DNA from: Candidatus Omnitrophota bacterium | GTDB lineage: Bacteria; Omnitrophota; Gorgyraeia; Zapsychrales; Fredricksoniimonadaceae | Assembly: GCA_043798045.1 (NCBI GenBank) | Contig: JAZDPD010000034.1 | Location: 1 to 37,872 of the forward strand | Length of the DNA: 37,872 nucleotides | Direction of reading: 5' to 3' | Part shown: one piece after another, positions 8,447 through 17,089 of the stretch | How the letters are laid out: each line of letters opens with the position of its first letter | Numbering within the stretch: position 1 is the stretch's first letter | Made by a program: the position numbers and the translations under genes | The notes under the pieces: model-generated | The model's database searches: none | The model's input: the letters and a program-made list of their open reading frames with translations, nothing else | What the model was told of the DNA's origin: nothing

Positions 8447-8645
8447 AAAAGCATGTTTGGATATCGCGAAAGCGGGTTCCCTGTTAATCTTGCGACGACG
8501 GTCAAGCTCAATCCTTCCCGACTTGCCGTCGATCGATCTGTTATTTACCAACATCAACAGGCCAACCCATGAGTCAGATGCATCAACCAGAGCCGGCGCG
8601 CAAGATAAACAGGGTGCTGCAGCGATATCAAACAAACATGCCCTT
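8447..8645 (-). ncRNA. Candidate 6S-like (SsrS-like) rod-shaped RNA of ~190-200 nt.
   Basis: Minus-strand fold. Closing stem: AAGGGCATGTTTG-(TTT bulge)-GATATCGC (8645-8622) pairs with GCGATATCCAAACATGCTTTT (8467-8447), including two G.U pairs. Second stem: CCCTGTTTATCTTGCG (8614-8599) pairs with CGCAAGATTAACAGGG (8494-8479), 15 of 16 positions. A short CGCCGG/CCGTCG stem follows, then a large asymmetric internal loop (~15/17 nt), then an apical stem (CTGACT/AGTCGG, GTTGAT/ATCGAC). Length and rod-plus-central-bubble shape match 6S architecture. No primary-sequence check was possible. Confidence 0.4.
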
Positions 8646-8665
8646 CCCCATGTAAAATCCAACGC

Positions 8666-9715
8666 TCATTTAAATATCCCCTGCAAATTCGGATCCGTGT
8701 CCATGATCCTGATCAGATCATCCGTATGATCCTTTTCAGACAAGATCGTATAAAAATCATTCTTGATCGTCGGCGCCATCTTGATGGCATCGATCCATTC
8801 CTGCCGGATAAAAGGATCTTTCTTGATCTCATCCCAAAAACCGGTATTCGTGAAAAGTTCAGCAATGCGATCCGCGCCGCGGCCCTGCAGCTGGCTGATC
8901 ATGTAAGTCGACACACCGACCTGAAGCCCATGCAGCCGCGGTTTGACTGTCAGCTGATCCAAAGCATGCGAAATCAAATGTTCACTACCGCTCGCAGGAC
9001 GGGATGTGCCACAGATCTCCATGGCCACACCGTTTAGCATGAGCGCTGTTCCCAGAAGACGAATCCCCTCCAGGTCATGATCAGGCTTGGCCATCAACTG
9101 AAATACTGTCGCATCCGAAAGGAGGGCTGCAAAATCATCCACCTGCGTCCCCTTCTTTTTATAGGCCAACTTCCAGTCATAAACAGATGTGATCTTGGCC
9201 ACAGAATCCCCGACCCCCGCCAGCCACAACACACGCGGCGCGCCTAAACAAACCTCTGTATCGATCACAACGCCATACGGCATGGCCGCCGGAAAAGACC
9301 TTTTCTTCCCTTTAAAATCAAGGCTGCACTGAGGAGAACAGAACCCGTCATTAGAAAGGGCTGTGGGCAGGGCAAAATACGGCAGCCTTGTAAGATAGGC
9401 AACATATTTGGCCACATCCAGCGCCTTGCCGCCGCCAATCCCGATGATCACATCTGTTCTCTGCGGCAAAGCCTGAAAAATCTCCTGTGCCTGCTCAAAA
9501 GTCGATGCTGTCACCGCTATATGCTCAAGCGTACCCACCCCGTTGGACGCCAGACTCCAATCCACCCGATCAATGAGCGTCTTATCCAATTCCTTGTTAA
9601 AAACAAGTGTGGCATTCTGAAACTGCCCGCGCTGGGCATAAACACCCACCCGGTCCAAAGCCCCAGGCTTGATCCGCACAAGTGTTGGAATAACAATCGA
9701 TGTATTTCTCATCAT
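8666..9715 (-). CDS. sn-glycerol-1-phosphate dehydrogenase-like protein (AraM/EgsA family, iron-ADH/DHQS fold).
   Basis: 349 aa. GIGGGKALDVAKYVA nucleotide-binding loop, LSNDGFCSP, DWKLA and SRPASGSEHLISHALD (metal-binding His pair). These are all blocks I recall from archaeal G1P dehydrogenases and B. subtilis AraM. ATGA overlap with the upstream HAD gene. Confidence 0.7.
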   Translation of the reverse strand: MMRNTSIVIPTLVRIKPGALDRVGVYAQRGQFQNATLVFNKELDKTLIDRVDWSLASNGVGTLEHIAVTASTFEQAQEIFQALPQRTDVIIGIGGGKALDVAKYVAYLTRLPYFALPTALSNDGFCSPQCSLDFKGKKRSFPAAMPYGVVIDTEVCLGAPRVLWLAGVGDSVAKITSVYDWKLAYKKKGTQVDDFAALLSDATVFQLMAKPDHDLEGIRLLGTALMLNGVAMEICGTSRPASGSEHLISHALDQLTVKPRLHGLQVGVSTYMISQLQGRGADRIAELFTNTGFWDEIKKDPFIRQEWIDAIKMAPTIKNDFYTILSEKDHTDDLIRIMDTDPNLQGIFK

Positions 9716-10371
9716 AAAATATTCTCCCGGATCAATGCCTCACCCACTTCATTCCAGTGATCAAAAGGCCTGAATCCTTCACCGATCTCATGCAGTTTCT
9801 TGGCCAACCAGCTTTTGGCAAACCGCCTTTCCGGTGGCACCAAAAGTGCCGCCGCCAAATCAGGCCGGCCATCGCCAGCAAACGCCACACAGGAGGATAC
9901 CTTGATCGCCTCACGCACCACCGCCACTTTATTAACGCCCAGTTCAGCAGAAAAGAACGGAGACGGTTCCGGCAACTGCATCACAAGACCCTGTTGAGGC
10001 AAGAAAACACCGGGATTGGCATAAACAGTAAGCATGACACCCTCTTTGGCCAACAATCTCTTGATATACCAGTCACATCCCGCAGACGCCACCAACACAT
10101 CCCACCCGGTCTGGCGAAGCGCATCCACACAAGGCCTGATCCGCGAACATATCTGCATCGATGCAATGATTTCAAGAAGACGTTCCTCCGAAGCACGGAT
10201 CCCGGCAAAAATAAGCCGCAAGGCTTCAAAATGTGTTATCTTGCCGCTTTCATATTGCTGCCAGTACCCGCCGGAAATTTCAGGAAAAGCCTGACAAACA
10301 AGGTCATAAAAATCATACTGCGTGATCGTGCCGTCAAAATCAGAAACAAGGATACCTTTGACCTGTGTCAT
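9712..10371 (-). CDS. HAD-IB phosphatase, MtnX/phosphoserine-phosphatase-like.
   Basis: DFDGTIT motif I, SAGCD (motif II region) and AGDGRPD motif IV. C-terminal FAKSWLAKKL...F..W.EV resembles the MtnX tail. ATGA overlaps at both ends (10368-10371 and 9712-9715). Confidence 0.8.
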   Translation of the reverse strand: MTQVKGILVSDFDGTITQYDFYDLVCQAFPEISGGYWQQYESGKITHFEALRLIFAGIRASEERLLEIIASMQICSRIRPCVDALRQTGWDVLVASAGCDWYIKRLLAKEGVMLTVYANPGVFLPQQGLVMQLPEPSPFFSAELGVNKVAVVREAIKVSSCVAFAGDGRPDLAAALLVPPERRFAKSWLAKKLHEIGEGFRPFDHWNEVGEALIRENIL

Positions 10372-10820
10372 AACCCGTACACTTTCATATAATGTCCGAA
10401 ATTCCTTTGAATATACTCATGCGGCAAACGGCAATCCTTGGCACCTTTTAGAATCTTCTCCAAATACAACCGTGCCGGCATGCCTGTGGGTTGTGCCTCC
10501 CGGCCATAAATACTGGCCTCGACCCTGGATCTGGCATCCGCATCCCCAACCTGAAGCGTAAAGCGCTTAAGATATTTAGGATGCCCTTCATCCACATCAA
10601 TGCTATTAAAATCTTGCGCCGTAACCTCAAATAGCCCCCCCCAAACCTCATCATCCATGGAATTATCAATATTGACCACAGCCCCGTTCCAGCGTGTAGA
10701 ATACCCGTCGAAGAAAAGCGCGTACCCTATCAAGGCTGCAGGCCTTATGAACTTTGCCCCTGGACAAAGCGTGCGCATGAGGTCATGATTCATATTATGC
10801 CCATAAGTGAAATAAAACAT
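10368..10820 (-). CDS. Gamma-glutamylcyclotransferase / AIG2-like family protein.
   Basis: N-terminal FYFTYGHNMN (YGSNL-type motif), WGGLFEV and DEGHPKYLKR. Size is 150 aa. Confidence 0.75.
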   Translation of the reverse strand: MFYFTYGHNMNHDLMRTLCPGAKFIRPAALIGYALFFDGYSTRWNGAVVNIDNSMDDEVWGGLFEVTAQDFNSIDVDEGHPKYLKRFTLQVGDADARSRVEASIYGREAQPTGMPARLYLEKILKGAKDCRLPHEYIQRNFGHYMKVYGL

Positions 10821-10926
10821 ACCCTACCCCTTGATTCATCCCACTGACATGTACGAACGGCCTCTGTGGCCGCTCTTAATAACATATATAATGGCCGGCA
10901 CTGAGTCCAACCATTACATGACGACA

Positions 10927-11934
10927 TTATCGCAGAATTATCATCGCATCGCCATAACTATAGAAACGATATTGCTCCCGCACGGCCTGGGCATAGGCAT
11001 GCCGGATCAGATCCATTCCCCCAAACGCCGAAACCAGCATCAAAAGCGTACTGCGCGGCAGATGAAAATTCGTTACAAGAACATCTGTTATTTGAAAATC
11101 TACACCGGGAAAAATAAAGATATTCGTATCATCCTCCCGTTTACCCGAACGCGCAAACGACTCGATCGTCCGGCAACTCGTTGTCCCCACCGCCACAATT
11201 TTCCGACCACATGCTTTTGCCTCGTTAAGCTCTCTCTCTACCGAAGCTGATATGGCGTAATGCTCGTAATGCATGGGATGTGTGATGATATCCTCAACTT
11301 CAACAGGCTTGAACGTCCCGTAATTCACATGCAACGTCACTTGGGCAAAATCATGCCCCGCCTGCTTGAGAGACCCCATCAACCCTTCCGTAAAATGCAA
11401 TCCCGCGGTTGGCGCGGCCACGGACCCGGGATATTTCGCATATACTGTCTGATAATAGATCCTGTCACCAGCATCATCCTTGCGTTTGATGTAAGGTGGC
11501 AGCGGGACATGACCCACTTTCTCAAGAGCTCCCAAAACATCATCCTGATCAAATTCCACCACACGGGCATCGCGGTCCACCACCACGGCGCTGAGATCAT
11601 CAGAAAATTTAATCCTCTCGCCCTCATGAATCTTTTTGAGCGGACGAAGCATTGCCTCATACCGGCGTGCACCAAGGTGTTTCAACAAGAAAACCTCAAC
11701 CTGCCCCTGTGAACGCTCCTTACAGCCCAAAAGCCGCGCCGGAATAACCTTGCTGTTATTAACCACAACCAAACTGGACGGAGGCAAATAATCCCCCAGA
11801 TGTGAAAATATATCATGACGGATAACCCCGTTTCGGACATCCACCACCATAAGCCGGGCATCATCACGTTTAGCGGAAGGATATTGGGCAACAAGCTCTT
11901 CAGGAAGAATATAATCAAAATCAGAAAGTTTCAT
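10927..11934 (-). CDS. queA: S-adenosylmethionine:tRNA ribosyltransferase-isomerase.
   Basis: MKLSDFDYILPEELVAQYP, LPPYIKR, YQTVYA, GSVAAPTAGLHFT, VGTTS.R..ES and FHLPRSTLLMLVSAFGG. The ATG at 11932-11934 was chosen because the 19-codon upstream extension in the track would overlap the response-regulator stop. Confidence 0.95.
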   Translation of the reverse strand: MKLSDFDYILPEELVAQYPSAKRDDARLMVVDVRNGVIRHDIFSHLGDYLPPSSLVVVNNSKVIPARLLGCKERSQGQVEVFLLKHLGARRYEAMLRPLKKIHEGERIKFSDDLSAVVVDRDARVVEFDQDDVLGALEKVGHVPLPPYIKRKDDAGDRIYYQTVYAKYPGSVAAPTAGLHFTEGLMGSLKQAGHDFAQVTLHVNYGTFKPVEVEDIITHPMHYEHYAISASVERELNEAKACGRKIVAVGTTSCRTIESFARSGKREDDTNIFIFPGVDFQITDVLVTNFHLPRSTLLMLVSAFGGMDLIRHAYAQAVREQYRFYSYGDAMIILR

Positions 11935-11941
11935 GAGAACG

Positions 11942-12304
11942 TTATTCCCCAAGACATGCACGGATCCTCTCCAGCATTCTGGGCATATCAATGGGTTTTA
12001 CAAAATAATCTTTGGCACCTTCTCCAAAGAAAACATCCTGCATATTCTCATTGGCCGTCAGCATGATAATTGGAGTACCATTCGCATCGGGAAACGACTT
12101 ATATTCGCTGATGAACTCAAACCCCGACATCCTGGGCATCTGCACATCCAGGATGATCAAATCAGGCTTGAACGTTTTTACGACCTCAAGCCCCTGCATG
12201 CCATCTTCAGCGCTTTCAACCTCATAATGCTGTTCTTTAAGCGCAAACCGGATCAACGTCACGTTCAGACGATCATCATCAACAATCAGGATCTTCTTGG
12301 CCAT
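11942..12304 (-). CDS. Single-domain response regulator (CheY-like receiver).
   Basis: KILIVDDD, DLIILDVQMPRMSG, MLTA and the K in FVKP. 120 aa with no output domain. Confidence 0.9.
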   Translation of the reverse strand: MAKKILIVDDDRLNVTLIRFALKEQHYEVESAEDGMQGLEVVKTFKPDLIILDVQMPRMSGFEFISEYKSFPDANGTPIIMLTANENMQDVFFGEGAKDYFVKPIDMPRMLERIRACLGE

Positions 12305-12329
12305 AATATCAAATCCTCTCTAATAATAC

Positions 12330-12357
12330 TTGCATCCGCCCCCCTTCACCCTACAAT
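12330..12357 (+). promoter_or_regulatory. Candidate sigma70 promoter for the plus-strand small ORF.
   Basis: TTGCAT (12330-12335), a 16-nt spacer and TACAAT (12352-12357), followed by GGAGG (12366-12370) and the ATG at 12374. Confidence 0.4.
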
Positions 12358-12373
12358 ATGGAAACGGAGGAAC

Positions 12374-12739
12374 ATGCTTATGTCTTTTTTCAATAACATC
12401 TCTAATAATATACGCCAATGGGACAACCGCTCGAACCAGTGGTTCAGCAAGAATTTTTCCATCCTGTTCTTTGAACTTATCCTGGCCATAATCTTCATCT
12501 TTTTTGTAAACCATATGATGGATGTTTTCACCATCAGCAGCCAAATCAAACGTTCCAACCTGACCGATCAAATCCTTTTATCCCAGGCAGGTCTCATGCT
12601 CCTGATCGTCCTGCTGCTCATTTTCAATTCGTTCCTAATGCTGTATATGTTCAGCAATATGTTGCGCTTGCGCAACATCCTTAAAAATCTCGATTACAAC
12701 ATGAGCCGGAAACGTAACGATAACAGCAAAGACGATTAG
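12374..12739 (+). CDS. Small hypothetical membrane protein (121 aa, two predicted TM helices).
   Basis: The only convincing plus-strand gene. It is the 3' part of track ORF 11933..12739, taken from the internal ATG preceded by GGAGG. Hydrophobic stretches are FSILFFELILAIIFIFFV and AGLMLLIVLLLIFNSFLMLYMF. It is convergent with ftsA. Confidence 0.5.
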   Translation: MLMSFFNNISNNIRQWDNRSNQWFSKNFSILFFELILAIIFIFFVNHMMDVFTISSQIKRSNLTDQILLSQAGLMLLIVLLLIFNSFLMLYMFSNMLRLRNILKNLDYNMSRKRNDNSKDD

Positions 12740-13996
12740 TTAGAAATATTCATTGCTGAGTTCTTCTGCCTTGGCTTTCATCCGGCCTAACCAATCTTTG
12801 GGCTTCTGCACATCCAGTTTATAACGCACTGTATTCTTATAGCCCATTTCCGCAAGGCCTGTTGATACACAATAAATAGCCGCACTGTTAAGCCCCGGAA
12901 TGTTGCGACCAACAACCACCGGCATATGCATGTCGTTTTCAATGCGTTCCATAAGTCCGGCTAAAAGAGCACCGCCGCCGACCACCACCACCCCCGCCTT
13001 CAGCTGGCCTTCATAATTTGATGCCGTCACAACTTCGCGGAGATTCTCGACAATCACCTTAACATCCGGTTCCATGGACATGATCAGGGCATCGCGCTTC
13101 ACAGGCATAAAACCCTGTTCTTTCTTGATCAATATTTCTTCCGCGCTGGGTATCATGGGAGAAATCCCGTCAAGAACCCTGCCGTATGATTTCTTAATAT
13201 CCTCTGCCAACGCAAAAGGAACATTGATATCCATCGCAAGACGACGTGTCATGGCTTCTGCTCCGACAGGAATCCTGCGGAAGTATTTCAGAAGCCCCTC
13301 TTTATAAACCAGCATCAGTGTTGACCCCGCCCCCAGATCGATGAAAACACAACCCTCCTGGCGCTGGCGCTTGTCAAGCATAAGGTCCGCCGCGGCTGAT
13401 GCATTAAAAAAAACATCATCCACTTCAAAGCCGGCCTGCTGCACCCCCTTGGTCAAATTGCGCAAACGCGTGATATTGGCCAAAACCAGAAGGGTCTCAA
13501 CCTCAAGTTTCCGGCCATAAAGTCCGGCAGGATTAAGCGCAACGTTCACATCGTCCACTTTAAACTGCTGGACCATATCGCAAACAACTTCCTCATCAAG
13601 CTTCACCCCCAGCATCCTCGCCTGCTGGCGCGCCTGCGCCAGATCACGGTTAGTCACGATCTTATTGCCGCGTTCAACCAGTGGAATAAGGGCACGGCTT
13701 TGGCGTATTTCAATGAACTCACCGCCGATCCCCATATAAATGTCTGACACCTTGATCTTGGTCTTACGCATAACGCCATTGACCGCAGCACTGACACAGG
13801 AAGAGAATTCACTGATATCATTGATCGATGCCAGCGCAAGCCCGCGCGTATCCGCGTCGCTAACCGCCAGGAGTTCGAGCGTATACGCGTCAACAACACG
13901 GCTCAAACTTGCCTTGATTTTATCCGTCCCGATATCAAGCCCGCAATAAAACTGATCGCCAAAGAATTGCCCGATAAACCGTTGAATGCCTTTCAT
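12740..13996 (-). CDS. ftsA: Cell division protein FtsA.
   Basis: Actin-fold motifs GLDIGTDKIK, IDLGAGST and VVVGGGALL. Position is after ftsQ. Confidence 0.92.
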   Translation of the reverse strand: MKGIQRFIGQFFGDQFYCGLDIGTDKIKASLSRVVDAYTLELLAVSDADTRGLALASINDISEFSSCVSAAVNGVMRKTKIKVSDIYMGIGGEFIEIRQSRALIPLVERGNKIVTNRDLAQARQQARMLGVKLDEEVVCDMVQQFKVDDVNVALNPAGLYGRKLEVETLLVLANITRLRNLTKGVQQAGFEVDDVFFNASAAADLMLDKRQRQEGCVFIDLGAGSTLMLVYKEGLLKYFRRIPVGAEAMTRRLAMDINVPFALAEDIKKSYGRVLDGISPMIPSAEEILIKKEQGFMPVKRDALIMSMEPDVKVIVENLREVVTASNYEGQLKAGVVVVGGGALLAGLMERIENDMHMPVVVGRNIPGLNSAAIYCVSTGLAEMGYKNTVRYKLDVQKPKDWLGRMKAKAEELSNEYF

Positions 13997-14766
13997 TTCT
14001 TTACCTTTTTCTGCCCAATCACAGGCTCTCCAAACCGCAACTCGATATATTTTACCTGTTCAAGATCAACCCCCCCGCGCGTCAAGACATCCGCCAAGGT
14101 CTTCAACCGCTGGAGCAGATGCTCTTGATCCATAATGACCTGAAAAACAGCTCCGTCTTTTTCGAGATCACATGAAATCCTCGCTGGATCATCCACACGT
14201 ACAGACGAAAGGACAATTCCTGGAAGACGCCCATCCTGATTAAAAAACGCGATAATATCAAGGCCGGTTTTGACATGATCGTCACTAACCCTTGCACCGG
14301 CAACCGCATGCTGGTTTTTCAATCCCCTGATAACCGTAAGGGCCGCCTGGTCTTTGAAAGGAGCTCCCATGAAGAAACCGTTGCGGTCAATCACCCAATT
14401 CCTGTTATCCAAAACAACCCAGGCAAACGGATCGCGACGTATGGCTGTCACATAAAGCTGATCCGGAAACCGGCGCATGACACGCAAACCCGATAATTGC
14501 GGGTATTTCAGGCGGATCTTGGCCTCAACCCTGGCAAGATCAACATCAAAAATATTCTGCCCCTTGAGTTTTAACAGCTCTTGAACTTCCAAAGGCTGAA
14601 GGCTTTCTGCCAGGGAAATATCCCGCACGACAAAAAGCGCGGAAGAACGCAAAAAAGCCAACGCCCCCATCATAAGGAGCGCAGCACCTAATAAAAAGAT
14701 ACAAACAAGCCCGACAATACGGATCCTGTCAGGATTTAACGACAGTTTCTGCTTTTTTCTTGCCAT
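13993..14766 (-). CDS. ftsQ: Cell division protein FtsQ/DivIB.
   Basis: A basic N-terminus and one TM helix (IVGLVCIFLLGAALLMMGALAF), followed by a POTRA-like segment. Position is between ddl and ftsA. Confidence 0.85.
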   Translation of the reverse strand: MARKKQKLSLNPDRIRIVGLVCIFLLGAALLMMGALAFLRSSALFVVRDISLAESLQPLEVQELLKLKGQNIFDVDLARVEAKIRLKYPQLSGLRVMRRFPDQLYVTAIRRDPFAWVVLDNRNWVIDRNGFFMGAPFKDQAALTVIRGLKNQHAVAGARVSDDHVKTGLDIIAFFNQDGRLPGIVLSSVRVDDPARISCDLEKDGAVFQVIMDQEHLLQRLKTLADVLTRGGVDLEQVKYIELRFGEPVIGQKKVKK

Positions 14767-17089
14767 ACGCCATATCTACCAACGTTAAACAAAGTTGTGT
14801 AAAATCAATCCCCGCCGCACGCGCTGCCTTCGGCAAAAGGCTTGTGGCCGTAAACCCCGGGATCGTATTGATCTCCAGAACATACGGTTTTTCATCCTCA
14901 CCCAGAAGCACATCCACACGACCAAAACCTTCACATCCCAGCGCCTGATACGCCTTAAGGGCCTCCTGCTGAACCTGCACGGTGACCTGATCAGAAATTA
15001 TAGCCGGAACAATATACTGGGTCGCCTGGCTTTGGTACTTCGCCTGAAAATCAAAGAAATGATGGTCATCCGCCGCCTTGATCTCGACAACTGGAAGTGC
15101 TTTCTCCCCGAGAATGCCGACCGTCAATTCCCTTCCTTTAATAAATTGCTGAATGACAATATCATCCCCGTAAACAGCCGCCTTCTCAACAGCTGCCGCA
15201 AGTTCCAAACGGTCGAAGGCAAGATTCACGCCGATGCTCGAACCTTCACACGCGGGCTTGACAACCACTGGGAACCCCCCCAGACGGGAAATAACCTGAT
15301 CCATATCAAAAACTACCCTTGCATTAACCAGAACCGTCGCTGGTGTTAGCACTTTATGATCTTCAAAAGCTTTTTGTGTCGCGCCTTTATTGAATGCCAT
15401 GAAACTGGCCAAAGACCCACAGCCATTATACGGAATAGCGCATTCATCCAAAACAGCTTGAATACCGCCATCTTCGCCAAAACGGCCATGAAGCGCAATA
15501 AATACGACATTGATCTTTTCTGCCTTGACCCAAGCCTTAATGAGCTCTTTTTCCTCGCTAACTATATCCAGCGACCTGACGCAACAACCGGCATTCACCA
15601 GGGCGTTGACAACCGCAGCCCCGGAACGCAAGGAAACCTCGCGTTCTGAGGAACAGCCTCCCATGATAACCCCGATCACCCCGTTGTCCTGAGCCCCAGC
15701 CCGGCGGTCAGTAAGACGTGAAACCAGCGCATCAGAAATCTGCGTCACATCACCCGCTCCCAGAGTCAACACCAAATCCCCCGGCTGGACAAAAGCAGCC
15801 AGATGATCCACGATCTGGTCTTTCTTTAAATGAACAAGATACTGCGGCCGTTTTTCCTGGATCCTGGCCATAAGAGCTGCCGTTGTGACACCTTCAATCG
15901 GTTTCTCACTGGCGGCATAAATATCCATCAGGATCAAATGATCCACGAGATTAAAGGATGATGCAAATTCACTCATGAGCGCGGCCGTACGCGAATACCG
16001 GTGCGGTTGAAAGACTACGATCAAACGTTTACGATCCAGTGTTTTGGCTGTCTGTAACGTGGCGGCAATTTCCGTCGGATGATGCCCGTAATCATCCACC
16101 ACCAGGACACCATCCACCTCACCTTTGCGCTGAAACCTGCGCTGAACGCCTTGAAACGTCTTGAGCGTCTTTAAGATCACCGCCATCTCGATCTTTAGTT
16201 CAAACCCAAGCGCAACAATAGCCAGGGAATTCTGGACATTATGCTTGCCAGGGATCATCAATTCAAAACGTCCGATAAAGTTTCCTTTAAAATAGCAATC
16301 ATATGATGAGCCGGCTGAGTCCAGATGAATGTTGGTCGCGATCCAGTCATTGCCCTCACCAAATCCGTACGTAATAATACGGCGACCGCTTTTTTCCACA
16401 ATACCCCGCAACACCTTGTCGTCCCCGCAAGTGATGATAATGCCATTGGGGACAGTCCGGTCAACAAACTTGACATAGGCCTCCTGAATCTTCTCCCAGG
16501 TGTGATAATAGTCCAGATGTTCCATGTCGATATTGGTGATGATCGAAAAATGGGGCGAAAAATAAAGAAAAGATCCATCACTTTCATCAACCTCAGCGAC
16601 CATGTGGCGGCCAATGCCAAGGCTGGCATTATAATCACCCTGATTGACAATCCCCCCAATGGCCGTCGTCGGTTTTAAATCAGCATTGATCAAAAGAAAA
16701 GAAGCCATGGAAGAGGTCGTGGTCTTGCCATGCGCACCGGCCACCGTAATGCCAACCTCCTTGTTGAGCAACTGGGCCAGAAGTTCCGCACGGCGTAACA
16801 GCGGGATATGCCGGGTCACCGCCTGGAACATTTCCGGATTATCCGCCTTGATGGCGGAAGAATACACCACACAATCCGCACCATCAAGATGGCAAATATC
16901 ATGCCCGATAAAAACCGTAGCCCCCTTCTCACGAAGCTGGCGTATAAGCTCGCTCTCTTTCACATCAGAACCGCTGACCTCAAATCCCTTGGCCAGCATA
17001 AGAAGGGCAAGATTTCCCATCCCCATTCCACCGATGCCTATAAAATGGTAACGTCTGATCACTTTTTTTTCCTTACCAGTGCGTTTCAT
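14729..17089 (-). CDS. murC-ddl: Fused UDP-N-acetylmuramate--L-alanine ligase / D-alanine--D-alanine ligase.
   Basis: 786 aa. The MurC part (nt ~15700-17089) has HFIGIGGMGM, GAHGKTTT and DDYGHHPTE. The Ddl part (nt 14729-~15690) starts IGVIMGGCSSEREVSLRSG and has HGRFGEDG, VVKPACEGSSIG and EINTIPGFT. Confidence 0.93.
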   Translation of the reverse strand: MKRTGKEKKVIRRYHFIGIGGMGMGNLALLMLAKGFEVSGSDVKESELIRQLREKGATVFIGHDICHLDGADCVVYSSAIKADNPEMFQAVTRHIPLLRRAELLAQLLNKEVGITVAGAHGKTTTSSMASFLLINADLKPTTAIGGIVNQGDYNASLGIGRHMVAEVDESDGSFLYFSPHFSIITNIDMEHLDYYHTWEKIQEAYVKFVDRTVPNGIIITCGDDKVLRGIVEKSGRRIITYGFGEGNDWIATNIHLDSAGSSYDCYFKGNFIGRFELMIPGKHNVQNSLAIVALGFELKIEMAVILKTLKTFQGVQRRFQRKGEVDGVLVVDDYGHHPTEIAATLQTAKTLDRKRLIVVFQPHRYSRTAALMSEFASSFNLVDHLILMDIYAASEKPIEGVTTAALMARIQEKRPQYLVHLKKDQIVDHLAAFVQPGDLVLTLGAGDVTQISDALVSRLTDRRAGAQDNGVIGVIMGGCSSEREVSLRSGAAVVNALVNAGCCVRSLDIVSEEKELIKAWVKAEKINVVFIALHGRFGEDGGIQAVLDECAIPYNGCGSLASFMAFNKGATQKAFEDHKVLTPATVLVNARVVFDMDQVISRLGGFPVVVKPACEGSSIGVNLAFDRLELAAAVEKAAVYGDDIVIQQFIKGRELTVGILGEKALPVVEIKAADDHHFFDFQAKYQSQATQYIVPAIISDQVTVQVQQEALKAYQALGCEGFGRVDVLLGEDEKPYVLEINTIPGFTATSLLPKAARAAGIDFTQLCLTLVDMAYGKKKAETVVKS

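Noticed and set aside
8441-8662. A 73-aa minus-strand ORF in the tgt upstream gap.
   Set aside because: It coincides with the long RNA-like rod structure, has no SD and an implausible composition. It is better explained as non-coding.
9757-10392. A 211-aa plus-strand ORF in the track.
   Set aside because: It is antisense to the HAD-IB phosphatase gene and R/K/H-rich, typical of an antisense frame. No SD and no motifs.
10858-10872. The small hairpin CGGCC-TCTGT-GGCCG downstream of queA as a terminator.
   Set aside because: It has only a 5-bp stem and no T-tract on the minus strand, which is too weak to call.
11933-12373. The N-terminal two thirds of the 268-aa plus-strand ORF 11933..12739.
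   Set aside because: This part is antisense to the well-supported CheY-like receiver gene. Only the 3' portion, from the SD-preceded ATG at 12374, is kept as a candidate gene.
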